DNA of 64,000 nt from Nitrospirota bacterium (GCA_963790025.1 CAWBMP010000002.1:96001-160000); one strand, 5' to 3'. Shown: positions 45,504 through 55,801, numbered from the stretch's first letter. Numbers and translations: made by a program. The notes: generated by a model from the sequence alone, not told the origin.

Positions 45504-46547
45504 ATGAGACGAATTCTTCATATAGATATGGACGCTTTCTTTGCCGCTGTGGAGGAAGGACGTCATCCTGAGCTAAAAGGTAAACCTGTAGTCATAGGAG
45601 GCTCCGGCGACCCTACAAAACGAGGGGTGGTTTCCACCGCATCCTATGAGGCCAGGAAGTATGGAGTACATTCCGCATTGCCCTTGAGAACGACATATAA
45701 ACTCTGTCCCCATGCAGTCTTCCTTCCCGTAGATTATGAGGAGTACTCAAGGGTTTCCGGAATAATTAAAAGCATTCTCAGAGAAATCACCCCCGTAATG
45801 GAAGATGTAGGTATTGATGAGGCATTCCTCGACATATCCGCGATCGATATGCCATCAGAGATAATATCACAGGAAATCAAAAAGAGAATCAAAGCGGCAA
45901 CAGGTCTCAGCTGTTCCATAGGCATTGCTCAAAATAAGCTCCTTGCAAAGATTGCCTCTGATATGCAGAAGCCCGATGGTCTAACTATCATTGAGGAGCA
46001 TGACATTGAAGGCAGAATCTGGACATTGCCGGTCAGAAAGCTTTGGGGTGTGGGGCCCAAAACAGAGGAACGCTTCAAAAACATGGGGATACACACTATT
46101 GGAGAGCTTGCTGGACGTCCCCTTGATAAACTTACTGAGGATTTTGGAGAATACTATGGACATTTCCTCTATGAGGCTTCACACGGAAGGGACGAAAGTC
46201 CTCTGGTAACCCATTGGGAGCCCAAATCGGTAAGCAGGGAAACCACATTTGAAACAGATATCAGCAATTGGCAGAGTATTGCAAAGACCATAGCCGAGCT
46301 GACTAAAGAAGTAGTCAACGACATTAAACAGAGGGGCTATAAGGGGAGGACCGTCACACTCAAGGTGCGTTTCAGCGATTTTAAAACACTGACCAGGGCC
46401 AAGACGCTTGATGCGCCCACTGACTCGACCGATGTAATAAGAAAGGCTGCCTTTTTTTGCCTTCAAAAGATTGAGCTCAAGGGAAAAAGAGTGCGGCTTA
46501 TCGGAGTGAGGGTCACCGGACTGGAGCAAGGAGCCACCAAGAATTAA
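45504..46547 (+). CDS. dinB: DNA polymerase IV
   Basis: 'HIDMDAFFA', 'SYEARKYGV', 'IDEAFLD', 'KPDG'. Confidence 0.96.
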   Translation: MRRILHIDMDAFFAAVEEGRHPELKGKPVVIGGSGDPTKRGVVSTASYEARKYGVHSALPLRTTYKLCPHAVFLPVDYEEYSRVSGIIKSILREITPVMEDVGIDEAFLDISAIDMPSEIISQEIKKRIKAATGLSCSIGIAQNKLLAKIASDMQKPDGLTIIEEHDIEGRIWTLPVRKLWGVGPKTEERFKNMGIHTIGELAGRPLDKLTEDFGEYYGHFLYEASHGRDESPLVTHWEPKSVSRETTFETDISNWQSIAKTIAELTKEVVNDIKQRGYKGRTVTLKVRFSDFKTLTRAKTLDAPTDSTDVIRKAAFFCLQKIELKGKRVRLIGVRVTGLEQGATKN

Positions 46548-46621
46548 ACTTTCCCTATATCCCCCCGATAATAATATTGCCAGGGATGATGACATCCTAA
46601 TACTAAACCGGGAGGTATTAA

Positions 46622-46681
46622 ATGGCTACAAAGAAAGCGCCGGCTAAAAAAGCGGCAAAGAAAGCGGCAAAGAAGAAGTAG
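46622..46681 (+). CDS. 19-aa Lys/Ala-rich histone-H1-like micropeptide MATKKAPAKKAAKKAAKKK; not in ORF track
   Basis: GGAGGT RBS 5 nt before ATG; TAG stop; followed by an intrinsic terminator. Confidence 0.8.
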   Translation: MATKKAPAKKAAKKAAKKK

Positions 46682-46706
46682 CTTATTGGAGCCGGCAGTA
46701 TTTTTG

Positions 46707-46755
46707 TAAAGGGAAGGCGGCCTGATTCACTTTGGACCGCCTTCCCTTTATTATT
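46707..46755 (+). terminator. Intrinsic terminator
   Basis: 14-bp perfect IR TAAAGGGAAGGCGG / CCGCCTTCCCTTTA followed by TTATT. Confidence 0.85.
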
Positions 46756-46829
46756 GGCATCGCAAGCTCCGTTCATGCTTCATAAAACCTGAAATGGACA
46801 TTGTTGACAATAGAGCGTAAGATGTCGGG

Positions 46830-47000
46830 ATGGTAAAGACAAGAAGACTGAGCGTTGCGGTGGTGATTATAGCTGTCATTGTCGTGATGGCGCTCCGAGG
46901 TTGTCCCAGAGTCCGGAGAAGCACAAGCATAGCATGCGACTGGGTAACGGCAAACATAACCGGCAGTGCAATGACGGGTACGAACGGCGGATTTCAGTAA
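46830..47000 (+). CDS. Possible small secreted/lipoprotein-like ORF (56 aa) or gene remnant
   Basis: MVKTRRLSVAVVIIAVIVVMALRGC...: basic N-terminus, hydrophobic stretch, then Cys; weak RBS. Confidence 0.3.
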   Translation: MVKTRRLSVAVVIIAVIVVMALRGCPRVRRSTSIACDWVTANITGSAMTGTNGGFQ

Positions 47001-47073
47001 AGAAGCAGATAACATGGAAAATTATCTGGCATTAAATGTAAACTAAATAAGCTATAAGGTATATCGATTTTTC

Positions 47074-48552
47074 ATGCTGACACCACATAAAAACGAATTC
47101 ACTACCGTCATTATGGGCGGCGGTCTTACAGGCCTTTCTGCAGGTTACGCCCTGACAAAAGCAGGGCTCAAGGTGGAACTGTTCGAGAATGAAGCCTCTG
47201 TGGGCGGACTATCAAAAACAATCGTGAGCAGAGGGTTCCGCTTTGACCTTGGCGGTCATCGCTTCTTTACTAAAAATCAGCGGATTAATAGCTTTATAAA
47301 CGACCTTATGGAAGGAGAATTGATTTCCGTCCCCCGAAAAAGCACTATCTATCTGCGCGACAGGTATTTCGATTATCCGTTAAAACCTGTCAATGCACTA
47401 TTCGGAATGGGTATCCAAACCACAGTAAAAATAGTCGAAGATTATATAGCTGAAAAAATACAGGGTCTTGCCAAGGTGCGCCCGCAGCTCTCTCTGGAGG
47501 ACTGGGTGGTCAGTAATTTCGGACGCACTATGTTCGACATCTACTTCCGGGAATACAGTGAGAAAGTATGGGGCATAAACTGCGCGCGCATAAGCGTCGA
47601 TTGGGTGGCGCAACGTATCAGGGGGCTTTCACTTGCCGGTGCGATCAAAAACGCTTTTTTTAAATTCACGGGAAAGGACATCCCCTCTCTTGTGGATAAG
47701 TTTACTTACCCGCAGCTGGGTATAGGACGTATTGCCGAAAGGCTCAGCGAAGAAATAGAAAAGGATAACATTGTGTTTACGGGCTCACCCATAGTAAAGG
47801 TAAAATACTCCGGTTCACGGATAGAAAGTATCGAAGCCGGTGGGCGCTCCACTACGCACCTTGCGTCGGGGGACGCCTTCATATCGAGTATCCCGATCAC
47901 CAAACTGGTACAACTGCTGGACCCTCCCGCTCCGGCTTATGTAATGGACGCAGTTTCAAAACTGATGTTTAGGGACCTCGTCGTTGTTGCCGTTATGGTC
48001 GATAGAAAGCGCGTTACCGGACAAACGTGGATTTATATTCCGGAGAAAAAAATACCCTTCGGCAGGATTCATGAACCGACGAACTGGAGCAACAAAATGG
48101 CCCCTGAAGGAAAGACGCTTCTGGTAGTGGAATACTTCAGTTTTCAGGGAGACCACATTTGGAATGCTTCTGATGAGCGCCTCACCGATATAACTGTCCG
48201 GGGTCTCGAGAAACTCGAATTTATCAAAAAAAGCGAGGTGTCCGGAAGTGCCGTTGTGCGGGCGAAAAAAGCTTACCCACTATTTGAAATCGGCTATGCG
48301 GAACAGTGCGCGCTTCTTTATGATTACCTGAGCACCTTCAGGAACCTTCACCTGGCAGGGAGGGTAGGCATGTTCAGATATTACAATATGGACCACGCGT
48401 TAGAGTCGGGGTTTAATGCAGCAGAGGCGGTGATACAGAAGGCAGGTGAAGGTATAGGCAAAGGTAAAGATAGGGAAGACGACAATTCCGACTTTGCTTT
48501 TGCCTCTACCTCTGCCTCTGCCTTTACCCCGCCCTTAAGGGGCATGCAATGA
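47074..48552 (+). CDS. FAD-dependent oxidoreductase (HemY/UDP-galactopyranose-mutase-like)
   Basis: GGGLTG, 'FDLGGHRFF', 'YSEKVWG', 'GRVGMFRYYNMDH'. Confidence 0.85.
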   Translation: MLTPHKNEFTTVIMGGGLTGLSAGYALTKAGLKVELFENEASVGGLSKTIVSRGFRFDLGGHRFFTKNQRINSFINDLMEGELISVPRKSTIYLRDRYFDYPLKPVNALFGMGIQTTVKIVEDYIAEKIQGLAKVRPQLSLEDWVVSNFGRTMFDIYFREYSEKVWGINCARISVDWVAQRIRGLSLAGAIKNAFFKFTGKDIPSLVDKFTYPQLGIGRIAERLSEEIEKDNIVFTGSPIVKVKYSGSRIESIEAGGRSTTHLASGDAFISSIPITKLVQLLDPPAPAYVMDAVSKLMFRDLVVVAVMVDRKRVTGQTWIYIPEKKIPFGRIHEPTNWSNKMAPEGKTLLVVEYFSFQGDHIWNASDERLTDITVRGLEKLEFIKKSEVSGSAVVRAKKAYPLFEIGYAEQCALLYDYLSTFRNLHLAGRVGMFRYYNMDHALESGFNAAEAVIQKAGEGIGKGKDREDDNSDFAFASTSASAFTPPLRGMQ

Positions 48553-49997
48553 AGTGCGCACTGGTGATACCTGCATGGGTGCCCGAGGACATCTTCTCTT
48601 CGAAAACCGCGAGCTCTCAAATAAATTACTGGCAGCCGTTGGGCACTCTCTATGTTGCTGCTGTCTTGCGGCAGGCAGGGCATGAAGTCCGTTTTTTTAA
48701 CGGTGCATTCCTTACTCACGCCGCTATATGCGCCGGACTGAAGACGTTCAACCCGGGATTTATAGGGCTCTATTCTACGACTTTCGGCTGGGGAAAAGCC
48801 AAAAAAGCAGCAGAGGATTTCAAAATAATGCTGGGCAGACAGGTTTTCATCTGTGCCGGAGGTCCTTATCCTATTGCCGTGCAGGAAGAGTGTCTGGCAG
48901 ACGCCGGGACCTCGGTGGATGCAATAATCACGGGTGAAGGTGAATACTCCACCCTCGAACTCATTGAGCGACTGGAGACAGGCAAGGGCCTTGAAGGTGT
49001 TGAAGGCGTTGTTTACCATTACCGTGACATGATTGTAAAAAACCAGCCGAGGCCATTAATATCCGACCTCGATGCACTTCCCTTTCCGGCAAGAGACCTG
49101 CTCGGCGACGCAGGACAGTATATTCCGCCGCCGGCCACGTATCGCAGAAAGCCTGTCGCCGTGCTCATGACTTCCAGGGGATGCAACAGAAACTGCATCT
49201 ATTGCTTTCAAATTGATAAAACCAGAAAAAGCGGCATACGCTACCGTAGCGTTGAAAGCGTGCTCAAAGAAATCGAGCACTGTCTCAACCAGGGATACCG
49301 GGAGATTAAATTCATTGATGACACACTTGCAGCCGATTACAACCGGGCGCTGCGGATGGCCCGCGGGATAAAGGCCGCGGGATTCGACTTCACATGGTTT
49401 GCCTCGGCCTGTGTCAACCAGGTTGATAAGCCGCTGCTTCAGGCATTTAAAGATGCGGGGTGCTGGGCTATCCTGTTCGGTGCTGAAAGCGGCATTCAGA
49501 AGAACCTGAACACAATCAGGAAAGGCACAACTCTCGCACAGATACGGGCGGCAGTTAAAGCGGCCCGGGAGGTGGGATTAAAGGTAAGTACGCCATTTAT
49601 GTTCGGCATTCCCGGAGAAACATATGAGGAGGGGCTGCAGACGATAGATTTTGCAATAGACCTGAACCCCGACATTGCAAATTTTCACGCGATCACCCCC
49701 TTCCCCGGCACCTACCTTTATGATAATCTTGAAAAATTCGGTCATCTGTCCGATGAACTCACTGACTTCACTTATCAGGGTGCGGCCTTCGTCCCGTATA
49801 CGATGACAAGAGAGCAAATCATAAGGCTGCGCCGCATAGCGTTCAGAAAATTTTACGGCAGACCGTTATTTATGCTCAAAAAACTGCTCGAATTGAGGAC
49901 CCCTCACGATTTCGCTGTAGCGTTGAAAAGCATGAGGAGCCTGTTCAATATCTTAATACACAACAAAGACAAGCTAAAAGCGCAAGGCAGTGCTTGA
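48549..49997 (+). CDS. Cobalamin-binding radical SAM protein
   Basis: 'PLGTLYVAA', 'GGPYP', 'GEGE', 'SRGCNRNCIYC', 'GAESG'. Confidence 0.92.
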   Translation: MKCALVIPAWVPEDIFSSKTASSQINYWQPLGTLYVAAVLRQAGHEVRFFNGAFLTHAAICAGLKTFNPGFIGLYSTTFGWGKAKKAAEDFKIMLGRQVFICAGGPYPIAVQEECLADAGTSVDAIITGEGEYSTLELIERLETGKGLEGVEGVVYHYRDMIVKNQPRPLISDLDALPFPARDLLGDAGQYIPPPATYRRKPVAVLMTSRGCNRNCIYCFQIDKTRKSGIRYRSVESVLKEIEHCLNQGYREIKFIDDTLAADYNRALRMARGIKAAGFDFTWFASACVNQVDKPLLQAFKDAGCWAILFGAESGIQKNLNTIRKGTTLAQIRAAVKAAREVGLKVSTPFMFGIPGETYEEGLQTIDFAIDLNPDIANFHAITPFPGTYLYDNLEKFGHLSDELTDFTYQGAAFVPYTMTREQIIRLRRIAFRKFYGRPLFMLKKLLELRTPHDFAVALKSMRSLFNILIHNKDKLKAQGSA

Positions 49998-50054
49998 CTC
50001 CTTCTCCTTCTCATGGTAAGTTTTAACAGACGTTATATTAAACAGGAGGCTGTT

Positions 50055-50252
50055 ATGGACAGAAGAGACAGTAACTTGGGCATGGTTGCAGCTTTTTCCT
50101 TTCTTATCGGTGGTGCAGTGGGTGCCGGTATCGCGCTCCTTTTGGCTCCCCAGTCGGGCAAGAAGACAAGAAAACAGATAAGAGATATGGCCGAAGATAT
50201 TACTGATCAGGCTACCGATTACGCAGAGATAGTGAAAAAGAAAATCTTTTAA
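50055..50252 (+). CDS. YtxH-domain protein
   Basis: 'FLIGGAVGAGIALLLAPQSGKKTR'; AGGAGG RBS. Confidence 0.9.
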   Translation: MDRRDSNLGMVAAFSFLIGGAVGAGIALLLAPQSGKKTRKQIRDMAEDITDQATDYAEIVKKKIF

Positions 50253-50301
50253 GATACTTTTAAGATAAAAATTGCAGATTGTGCTGCGTTGAGGACCCGC
50301 C

Positions 50302-51288
50302 TCATGCCGCCTGGAGGCGGCCGGGTTTATCAGCGCATGCACTTTCTATGATTGCCGTCATCTGCTCTACTGATTCTGCGCGGAAGGCCTTATCTTTTAG
50401 CAATCTTGTTTCGGAAAGCCCCCTCGTATACCAGGCAAAAAATTTGCGGAACAGAATCGTCCCCACTCTATCCCCGCAATGATCGGCGCAGAGACGCAAA
50501 TGAGTCAGCATGGTTGTGCAAACTTCGTGAAGAGAGGGATGTTGCTGCACGGCTCCGGTGTTCAAAAAAGCTGCCGTTTCCCTGAAAATCCATGGATTGC
50601 CCAGTGCGCCCCGTGCCATGACTATGCCATCGCAGCCTGTCTCATCAAACATTTTTTTCGCCAATTCCGGGGATAGAATATCTCCGCTGGCAATAACAGG
50701 AATGTCGAGTGCCTCCTTCACCTCTCCAATGATACGATAGTCCACCCTCCCTCTGTATCCCTGGACCTTCGTCCTCCCGTGGATAAATAACCCTTGTATC
50801 CCGGCATCGCGTGCGCGGAGAGCCACATCCCTTGCATTAACAGATGTCTCATCCCACCCGGTCCTGATCTTGATTGTAACAGGCGCTATAGCAGCGGTCA
50901 CCACGAGCTTCAGAAGTTCCTGTAACTTGTTCGGCTCCCTGAGAAGGCCCGCACCCTCCCCTCGGGCGGTGACCTTACCGACCGGACAGGCAGCGTTGAT
51001 ATTTATAACATCGAAATTATATTTTCCTATAATATCCAGAGCTGTTTTTATTGTGTAGGGGTCGCTTCCCAGCAGTTGTACACCCAGCGGCTTATCGCAT
51101 GACACTGTTGCGAGCATAGCCTCGGTCTTTTTGCTTTTATAGACAAGGGCGCGTGCGCTGATCATCTCGACAAACGCAAGCTCACAACCGAACGAGCGAT
51201 TGATGAGACGGAACGGCAGGTCACTGATTCCCGCAAGCGGAGCAAGAATAAACGGTGATGATAATTTTAAATTTCCTATTTTCAGCAA
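50302..51288 (-). CDS. dusB: tRNA dihydrouridine synthase
   Basis: 'LAPLAGISD', 'NAACP', 'KIRTGW', 'HGRT', 'RGALGNPW'. Confidence 0.93.
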   Translation of the reverse strand: MLKIGNLKLSSPFILAPLAGISDLPFRLINRSFGCELAFVEMISARALVYKSKKTEAMLATVSCDKPLGVQLLGSDPYTIKTALDIIGKYNFDVININAACPVGKVTARGEGAGLLREPNKLQELLKLVVTAAIAPVTIKIRTGWDETSVNARDVALRARDAGIQGLFIHGRTKVQGYRGRVDYRIIGEVKEALDIPVIASGDILSPELAKKMFDETGCDGIVMARGALGNPWIFRETAAFLNTGAVQQHPSLHEVCTTMLTHLRLCADHCGDRVGTILFRKFFAWYTRGLSETRLLKDKAFRAESVEQMTAIIESACADKPGRLQAA

Positions 51289-51351
51289 GAATTATATATT
51301 ACAGACAAGACGAAAGACATGTCAAACCGCGTTCTGTCTTGACAATGCGCT

Positions 51352-52182
51352 GTGCCTACCCGTAAAATTGCCTGTTACCAAGTGCAAACCGTGACTCTAA
51401 AACGCTATACGATCTTTCATCCCTTGTACATGTCTTTCTTCTCAAAATCCCTGTATCGGGACGTTGCGAGGAACTGGAAGGGGCTGTGCTTTACCTATCT
51501 CCTCATAGTGCTTACCTTAAATCTTATTCCCGATATGGTCAGGCTTCACGATCATGTTATTGATTTCCTTACTGAAGAAGCGCCCAAAGTCGTGCGTCAG
51601 GTCCCGACTATCACTATTTCCAAAGGCATTGCCTCTATAAAAGACCCGGTCCCTTACATTATAAATGCTCCCTGGAGCAAATTGCCCTTTGCCGCTATCG
51701 ATACTTCAGACAGAACCACGCCCGCGACGGACTTAAAGGCGACTATTACTCTGACAAAAACAAAACTTATAGTCAAAGACGACATATCCGATACACACTC
51801 TATAGATCTTTCACAAATACAAAATATCGTAATTGACCAAAACCTGATCTTTCAGTGGATAGAGGAGTTTAAGCTTTATTTTATTTTTGCGGTTTTTCCT
51901 TTTGCACTCTTTTTCTCCTTCTTGTACTATGTTATTCAGGTCCTGATCTGCGCTTCGATAGGTAAGCTCTTTGCCAGAATGCATGATCTCAAACTGGCAT
52001 CCAATGCATTGGTACGTCTCTCAGTCATCTCGTTCACTCCGCCGCTTGCGCTTCAGACAATGCATTCCTTGCTGGACATAGAGTTCCCTAACAGTTCGGT
52101 GATATCCCTTTTATTGGCAGTATGCTATCTTTATTTCGCTGTAGGCTCGTGTTTTGAGAAAACAGTGTCGAAAACCATTTAA
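51352..52182 (+). CDS. DUF1189-like membrane protein (start uncertain, possibly 51391)
   Basis: 'SFFSKSLYRDVARNWKG', TM, periplasmic region, three TM. Confidence 0.65.
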   Translation: MPTRKIACYQVQTVTLKRYTIFHPLYMSFFSKSLYRDVARNWKGLCFTYLLIVLTLNLIPDMVRLHDHVIDFLTEEAPKVVRQVPTITISKGIASIKDPVPYIINAPWSKLPFAAIDTSDRTTPATDLKATITLTKTKLIVKDDISDTHSIDLSQIQNIVIDQNLIFQWIEEFKLYFIFAVFPFALFFSFLYYVIQVLICASIGKLFARMHDLKLASNALVRLSVISFTPPLALQTMHSLLDIEFPNSSVISLLLAVCYLYFAVGSCFEKTVSKTI

Positions 52183-52196
52183 AATAGGAGGACAAA

Positions 52197-52745
52197 ATGC
52201 CACGAGTTGCCGTGTTGTTAGCAGATGGGTTCGAGGAAGTCGAAGCAATGGCGATTATCGATGTTTTGCGCAGGGCCGATATAACGGTGGTTATTGCGGG
52301 CTTGCATGGAGGGCATATTGAAGGTGCTCATTATGTGAAGGTCATTCCCGATACTACTGTCGATGCCATTCACGTCGATAATTTTGACATGCTCGTGCTC
52401 CCCGGAGGTCAGCCTGGGGCAGACAACCTCAATGCTGATGGGCGTGTCATAGACCTTATCCGGGATTTCCATACTAAAGGAAAGCTGACCGGAGCTATAT
52501 GCGCAGCGCCATATGTGCTGGCAAACGCCGGAATACTTGACGGAAAACAGGCCACTGCTTATCCCTCATTCGGCGACAAGCTCGGTAAGGCCCGCTACGT
52601 GGACAAGAATGTTGTATCAGACGGGCAAGTACTAACGAGTAAAGGTCCTGGAACAGCGCTGCAGTTCGGCATTGCCATTGTAGAGAGGCTCATGAGCAAA
52701 GAGAGAGCGGAAGCCATAAAAGAAGCGATGCTTATGCAGCATTAA
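52197..52745 (+). CDS. DJ-1/ThiJ/YajL family protein
   Basis: 'GFEEVE', 'LPGG', 'AICAAP', 'TSKGPGT'. Confidence 0.93.
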   Translation: MPRVAVLLADGFEEVEAMAIIDVLRRADITVVIAGLHGGHIEGAHYVKVIPDTTVDAIHVDNFDMLVLPGGQPGADNLNADGRVIDLIRDFHTKGKLTGAICAAPYVLANAGILDGKQATAYPSFGDKLGKARYVDKNVVSDGQVLTSKGPGTALQFGIAIVERLMSKERAEAIKEAMLMQH

Positions 52746-53998
52746 AGATAGCGGTCGACAGTAACGTTCACTCTCGTGCCTTTTCCAGGCTCGCTCTCGA
52801 TCCTCATGCTCCAGCCGTGAGCGCTTACAAGGTGCTTCACAATGGCGAGTCCGAGTCCGGTGCCTCCAAGTTCTCTCGAACGTGCGCTGTCGACCCGGTA
52901 AAACCTTTCCCCAAGCCTGTTCAAGTATCGTTGAGGGATGCCTATTCCGCTATCCTGGACAAAAATGACAACTCTCCCACCGGTTTCATCGATACCGGCA
53001 GTAACGCCTCCTTTGTCGGTAAATTTAATGCCGTTATCAACGAGATTGATCACGATTTGGATCAGCTTATCTTTGTCGGCAGAAATAGACTGAGCACTTT
53101 GGGGCAATGCCTTCCTCAGATAGAGCCCTTTTTTGTCAGCCTTGTCTTTCAGCGTTAAAAAAACGGTATCGACCACCTGTTCGAGATTGACCTCGGTTTT
53201 GTTCATTTTTACATCGCCGAGTTCGATGCCGGACAGTACGAGCAGGTCATCCACAAGGCTGTTAAGCCGTTCACTGTGGTTTTTTATCATCGTAAGGAAA
53301 CGTGCGGCATTTTCCTTGTCATCAAGGGCACCATCAAGTAATGTCTCCGCAAACCCCTTTATAGCTGTTATCGGCGTTTTTATTTCATGTGATACATTGG
53401 CAACAAAGTCCTTTCGCATTTCTTCAAGCTGTCGCAACCTCGTGATATCATGAAGTGTCAGCACGGTACCCCTCACCGAGTTCTCAGTGTAAATCGGTAC
53501 TACAGTTGCAATCAGGTGCATGTCCTTACTACCCCTCACGACAGAGATCTCTTCAGACATAATCTCCCATGACTCCATCGCTCCCCGCACAATTTCGATA
53601 AGCTGCATATTGCGCAGGACATCCAGCAGTTGCTTGCCTTCGATATTCTCGGTCACAGAGAGCAGCTTTTTGAAAGTACGATTGGCAAGGATTACCACAT
53701 CATGCGTATCGGTTATCAGTACGCCATCCGACATCGCCCTGAGTATGGCCTCCATTCTCTGCATCTCGGCTTCGGCAAACCCGAGCCGCATGCTTGTTTT
53801 CTCCATAAGGGCAACAATGTCTCCGGCAATGGCATCAAGTTTGCCGGAGCCGCCGGTGAAAAGCCGCGCGTTCATGTTGCCTGCGGAAAATTCTTTGAGC
53901 AGATTGGAAATTGCATCGACAGACCGGTATATACGGCTTTGGCGGAAGATAAAAAACAAGATAATCAGAGAGAGAATGACAATAACAAGGGTCCCCAT
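52742..53998 (-). CDS. phoR: PhoR-like sensor histidine kinase
   Basis: PAS, 'RKDFVANVSHEIKTP', 'ERFYRVD.ARSRELGGTGLGL'. Confidence 0.82.
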   Translation of the reverse strand: MGTLVIVILSLIILFFIFRQSRIYRSVDAISNLLKEFSAGNMNARLFTGGSGKLDAIAGDIVALMEKTSMRLGFAEAEMQRMEAILRAMSDGVLITDTHDVVILANRTFKKLLSVTENIEGKQLLDVLRNMQLIEIVRGAMESWEIMSEEISVVRGSKDMHLIATVVPIYTENSVRGTVLTLHDITRLRQLEEMRKDFVANVSHEIKTPITAIKGFAETLLDGALDDKENAARFLTMIKNHSERLNSLVDDLLVLSGIELGDVKMNKTEVNLEQVVDTVFLTLKDKADKKGLYLRKALPQSAQSISADKDKLIQIVINLVDNGIKFTDKGGVTAGIDETGGRVVIFVQDSGIGIPQRYLNRLGERFYRVDSARSRELGGTGLGLAIVKHLVSAHGWSMRIESEPGKGTRVNVTVDRYL

Positions 53999-54709
53999 TT
54001 ATCCCTCGAAAAAGTAGCCGATTCCCCTCATTGTCTTTATATACTTGGGATTGTTCGGGTCGTCCTCTATTTTTGTCCGCAACCGCCGGATATGTACATC
54101 GACCGTCCTCGGCTCGACAAAAACATCGTCACCCCATACCGCATCAAGCAGGTGTTCCCTGTTGTATATCTTATTGGGCCGCTCACAGAGATAAAGCAGC
54201 AGTTTGAATTCGGTGGCGCTCAATTTGAGATTTTTTTCCCCTACGGTAACAATGTATTTTTCTTTATCGATGCTTATGTCCCTTATCATCAGCAGGTGCC
54301 CGGTCCTCTTCTCCTCATCAACCGGCGCCGTCTTCTGGTGCTCCGATCTCCTTAAAATGGCCTTAATCCTGGCAACCAGCTCCCTCGGACTGAAAGGTTT
54401 AATCATATAATCATCGGCCCCTATTTCCAGTCCGAGCACCTTGTCCACCTCTTCTCCTTTTGCCGTAAGCATGACTATAGGAGTATCGGCGACAGAAGGA
54501 TCATTTCGTATCATCCTGCATAATTCAAGGCCCTGAACGCCCGGCAGCATAAGATCGAGGACTATAAGATCGTAAGGTCCGGCCCTGACCATGTTCAGGG
54601 CAGTCTCGCCGTCATAAGCCGCATCTACGGCGAAGCCTTCTTTCTTTAAATTGTAAGAGACGAGTTCAACGATATCTGCTTCGTCATCAATAACAAGTAC
54701 GGTTTTCAA
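53999..54709 (-). CDS. phoB: PhoB/OmpR-family response regulator
   Basis: 'LDLMLPG', 'GADDY..KPFSPREL', 'RTVDVHIRRLR'. Confidence 0.82.
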   Translation of the reverse strand: MKTVLVIDDEADIVELVSYNLKKEGFAVDAAYDGETALNMVRAGPYDLIVLDLMLPGVQGLELCRMIRNDPSVADTPIVMLTAKGEEVDKVLGLEIGADDYMIKPFSPRELVARIKAILRRSEHQKTAPVDEEKRTGHLLMIRDISIDKEKYIVTVGEKNLKLSATEFKLLLYLCERPNKIYNREHLLDAVWGDDVFVEPRTVDVHIRRLRTKIEDDPNNPKYIKTMRGIGYFFEG

Positions 54710-55785
54710 TTTTCCAATATACCCTTCAGCGTTTTCAGATCAACTCCCTTATGTATTACAACGCTACCTATGGTCTCAGGCAGAATAAATTTCATTTCGC
54801 CGGCCACTGCCTTCTTGTCCCTGAATATTAGCGAAAGTAGTTTATCACCATTCGCTTCTTTTGGCAATTCAGAAGGAAGGCCGTATGCGCCGACAACAGA
54901 CTTTATTCTGTCGGCGTGAGCACTCTCCATGATTCCAAGTTCTTCAGAAAGACGCGCAGCCAGACACATACCGATGGCGACAGCCTCGCCGTGAAAGTAT
55001 TTTGAATATCCCGTTTCGGTTTCCACCGCATGGCCTATGGAATGTCCGTAATTCAGGATCGCCCTCAGTCCGGACTCCCGTTCATCTTTCGATACCACTT
55101 CCGCCTTTATCTCGCAGGAGCGTTTTATAATATAGCTCACTACGTCCCTGTCAAGATCGAGTATCGCTTCCCGCTTCTCTTCAAGGAGATCGAACAGGCC
55201 CGCATCCCATATCACGCCGTATTTTATGATCTCCGCTATACCGGACAATAATTGACTCCTGGGAAGCGTATCGAGGGTGCTGATATCGGTCCATACCAAC
55301 CTGGGTTGATAGAACGTTCCGATCATGTTTTTTCCGGCAGGGTGATTTACACCGGTTTTTCCACCCACAGAGCTATCCACCTGCGCAAGCAGAGTTGTAG
55401 GGACCTGGATAAAATGAATACCGCGCATATAGAGGGACGCGGTAAATCCTGTAATATCGCCAATCACCCCTCCGCCAAGGGCCACAACGCAGGAATTTCG
55501 GTCAAGCCTGTTTTTCAGGAGTTCGGTCAGGATGTGGTAACTCCAGAAATAGTCCTTATATTCCTCTCCATCAGGGACCAGAGAGCTGAAACAGTTGAAT
55601 CCGGCATCCCCCAGTGAGCGCATTACATCTGCGCCGTAGAGTCCGAAAACAGTGGGGTTGCTAACAACTGCAATCGTGGGGCTGAACCCGAACCTGGCAG
55701 CACTTTCTCCGATGCCTGAAAGCGTGCCGTTGCCGATCACAATGTCATAACTTCTGTCTCCCAATCCAACTATGACCTTTTGCAT
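54706..55785 (-). CDS. aroB: 3-dehydroquinate synthase
   Basis: 'GGGVIGD', 'PTTLLAQVDSSVGGKTG', 'NYGHS.GHA'. Confidence 0.96.
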   Translation of the reverse strand: MQKVIVGLGDRSYDIVIGNGTLSGIGESAARFGFSPTIAVVSNPTVFGLYGADVMRSLGDAGFNCFSSLVPDGEEYKDYFWSYHILTELLKNRLDRNSCVVALGGGVIGDITGFTASLYMRGIHFIQVPTTLLAQVDSSVGGKTGVNHPAGKNMIGTFYQPRLVWTDISTLDTLPRSQLLSGIAEIIKYGVIWDAGLFDLLEEKREAILDLDRDVVSYIIKRSCEIKAEVVSKDERESGLRAILNYGHSIGHAVETETGYSKYFHGEAVAIGMCLAARLSEELGIMESAHADRIKSVVGAYGLPSELPKEANGDKLLSLIFRDKKAVAGEMKFILPETIGSVVIHKGVDLKTLKGILEN

Positions 55786-55801
55786 AATCCCGTACCTATG
55801 C

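Noticed and set aside
46751..47015. Minus-strand 68-aa and 80-aa ORFs
   Set aside because: No RBS or motifs; probably shadows of the plus-strand small ORF.
47010..47050. Second Pho box upstream of the flavoprotein gene
   Set aside because: Only two TAAAT at 11-bp spacing in AT-rich DNA; too weak.
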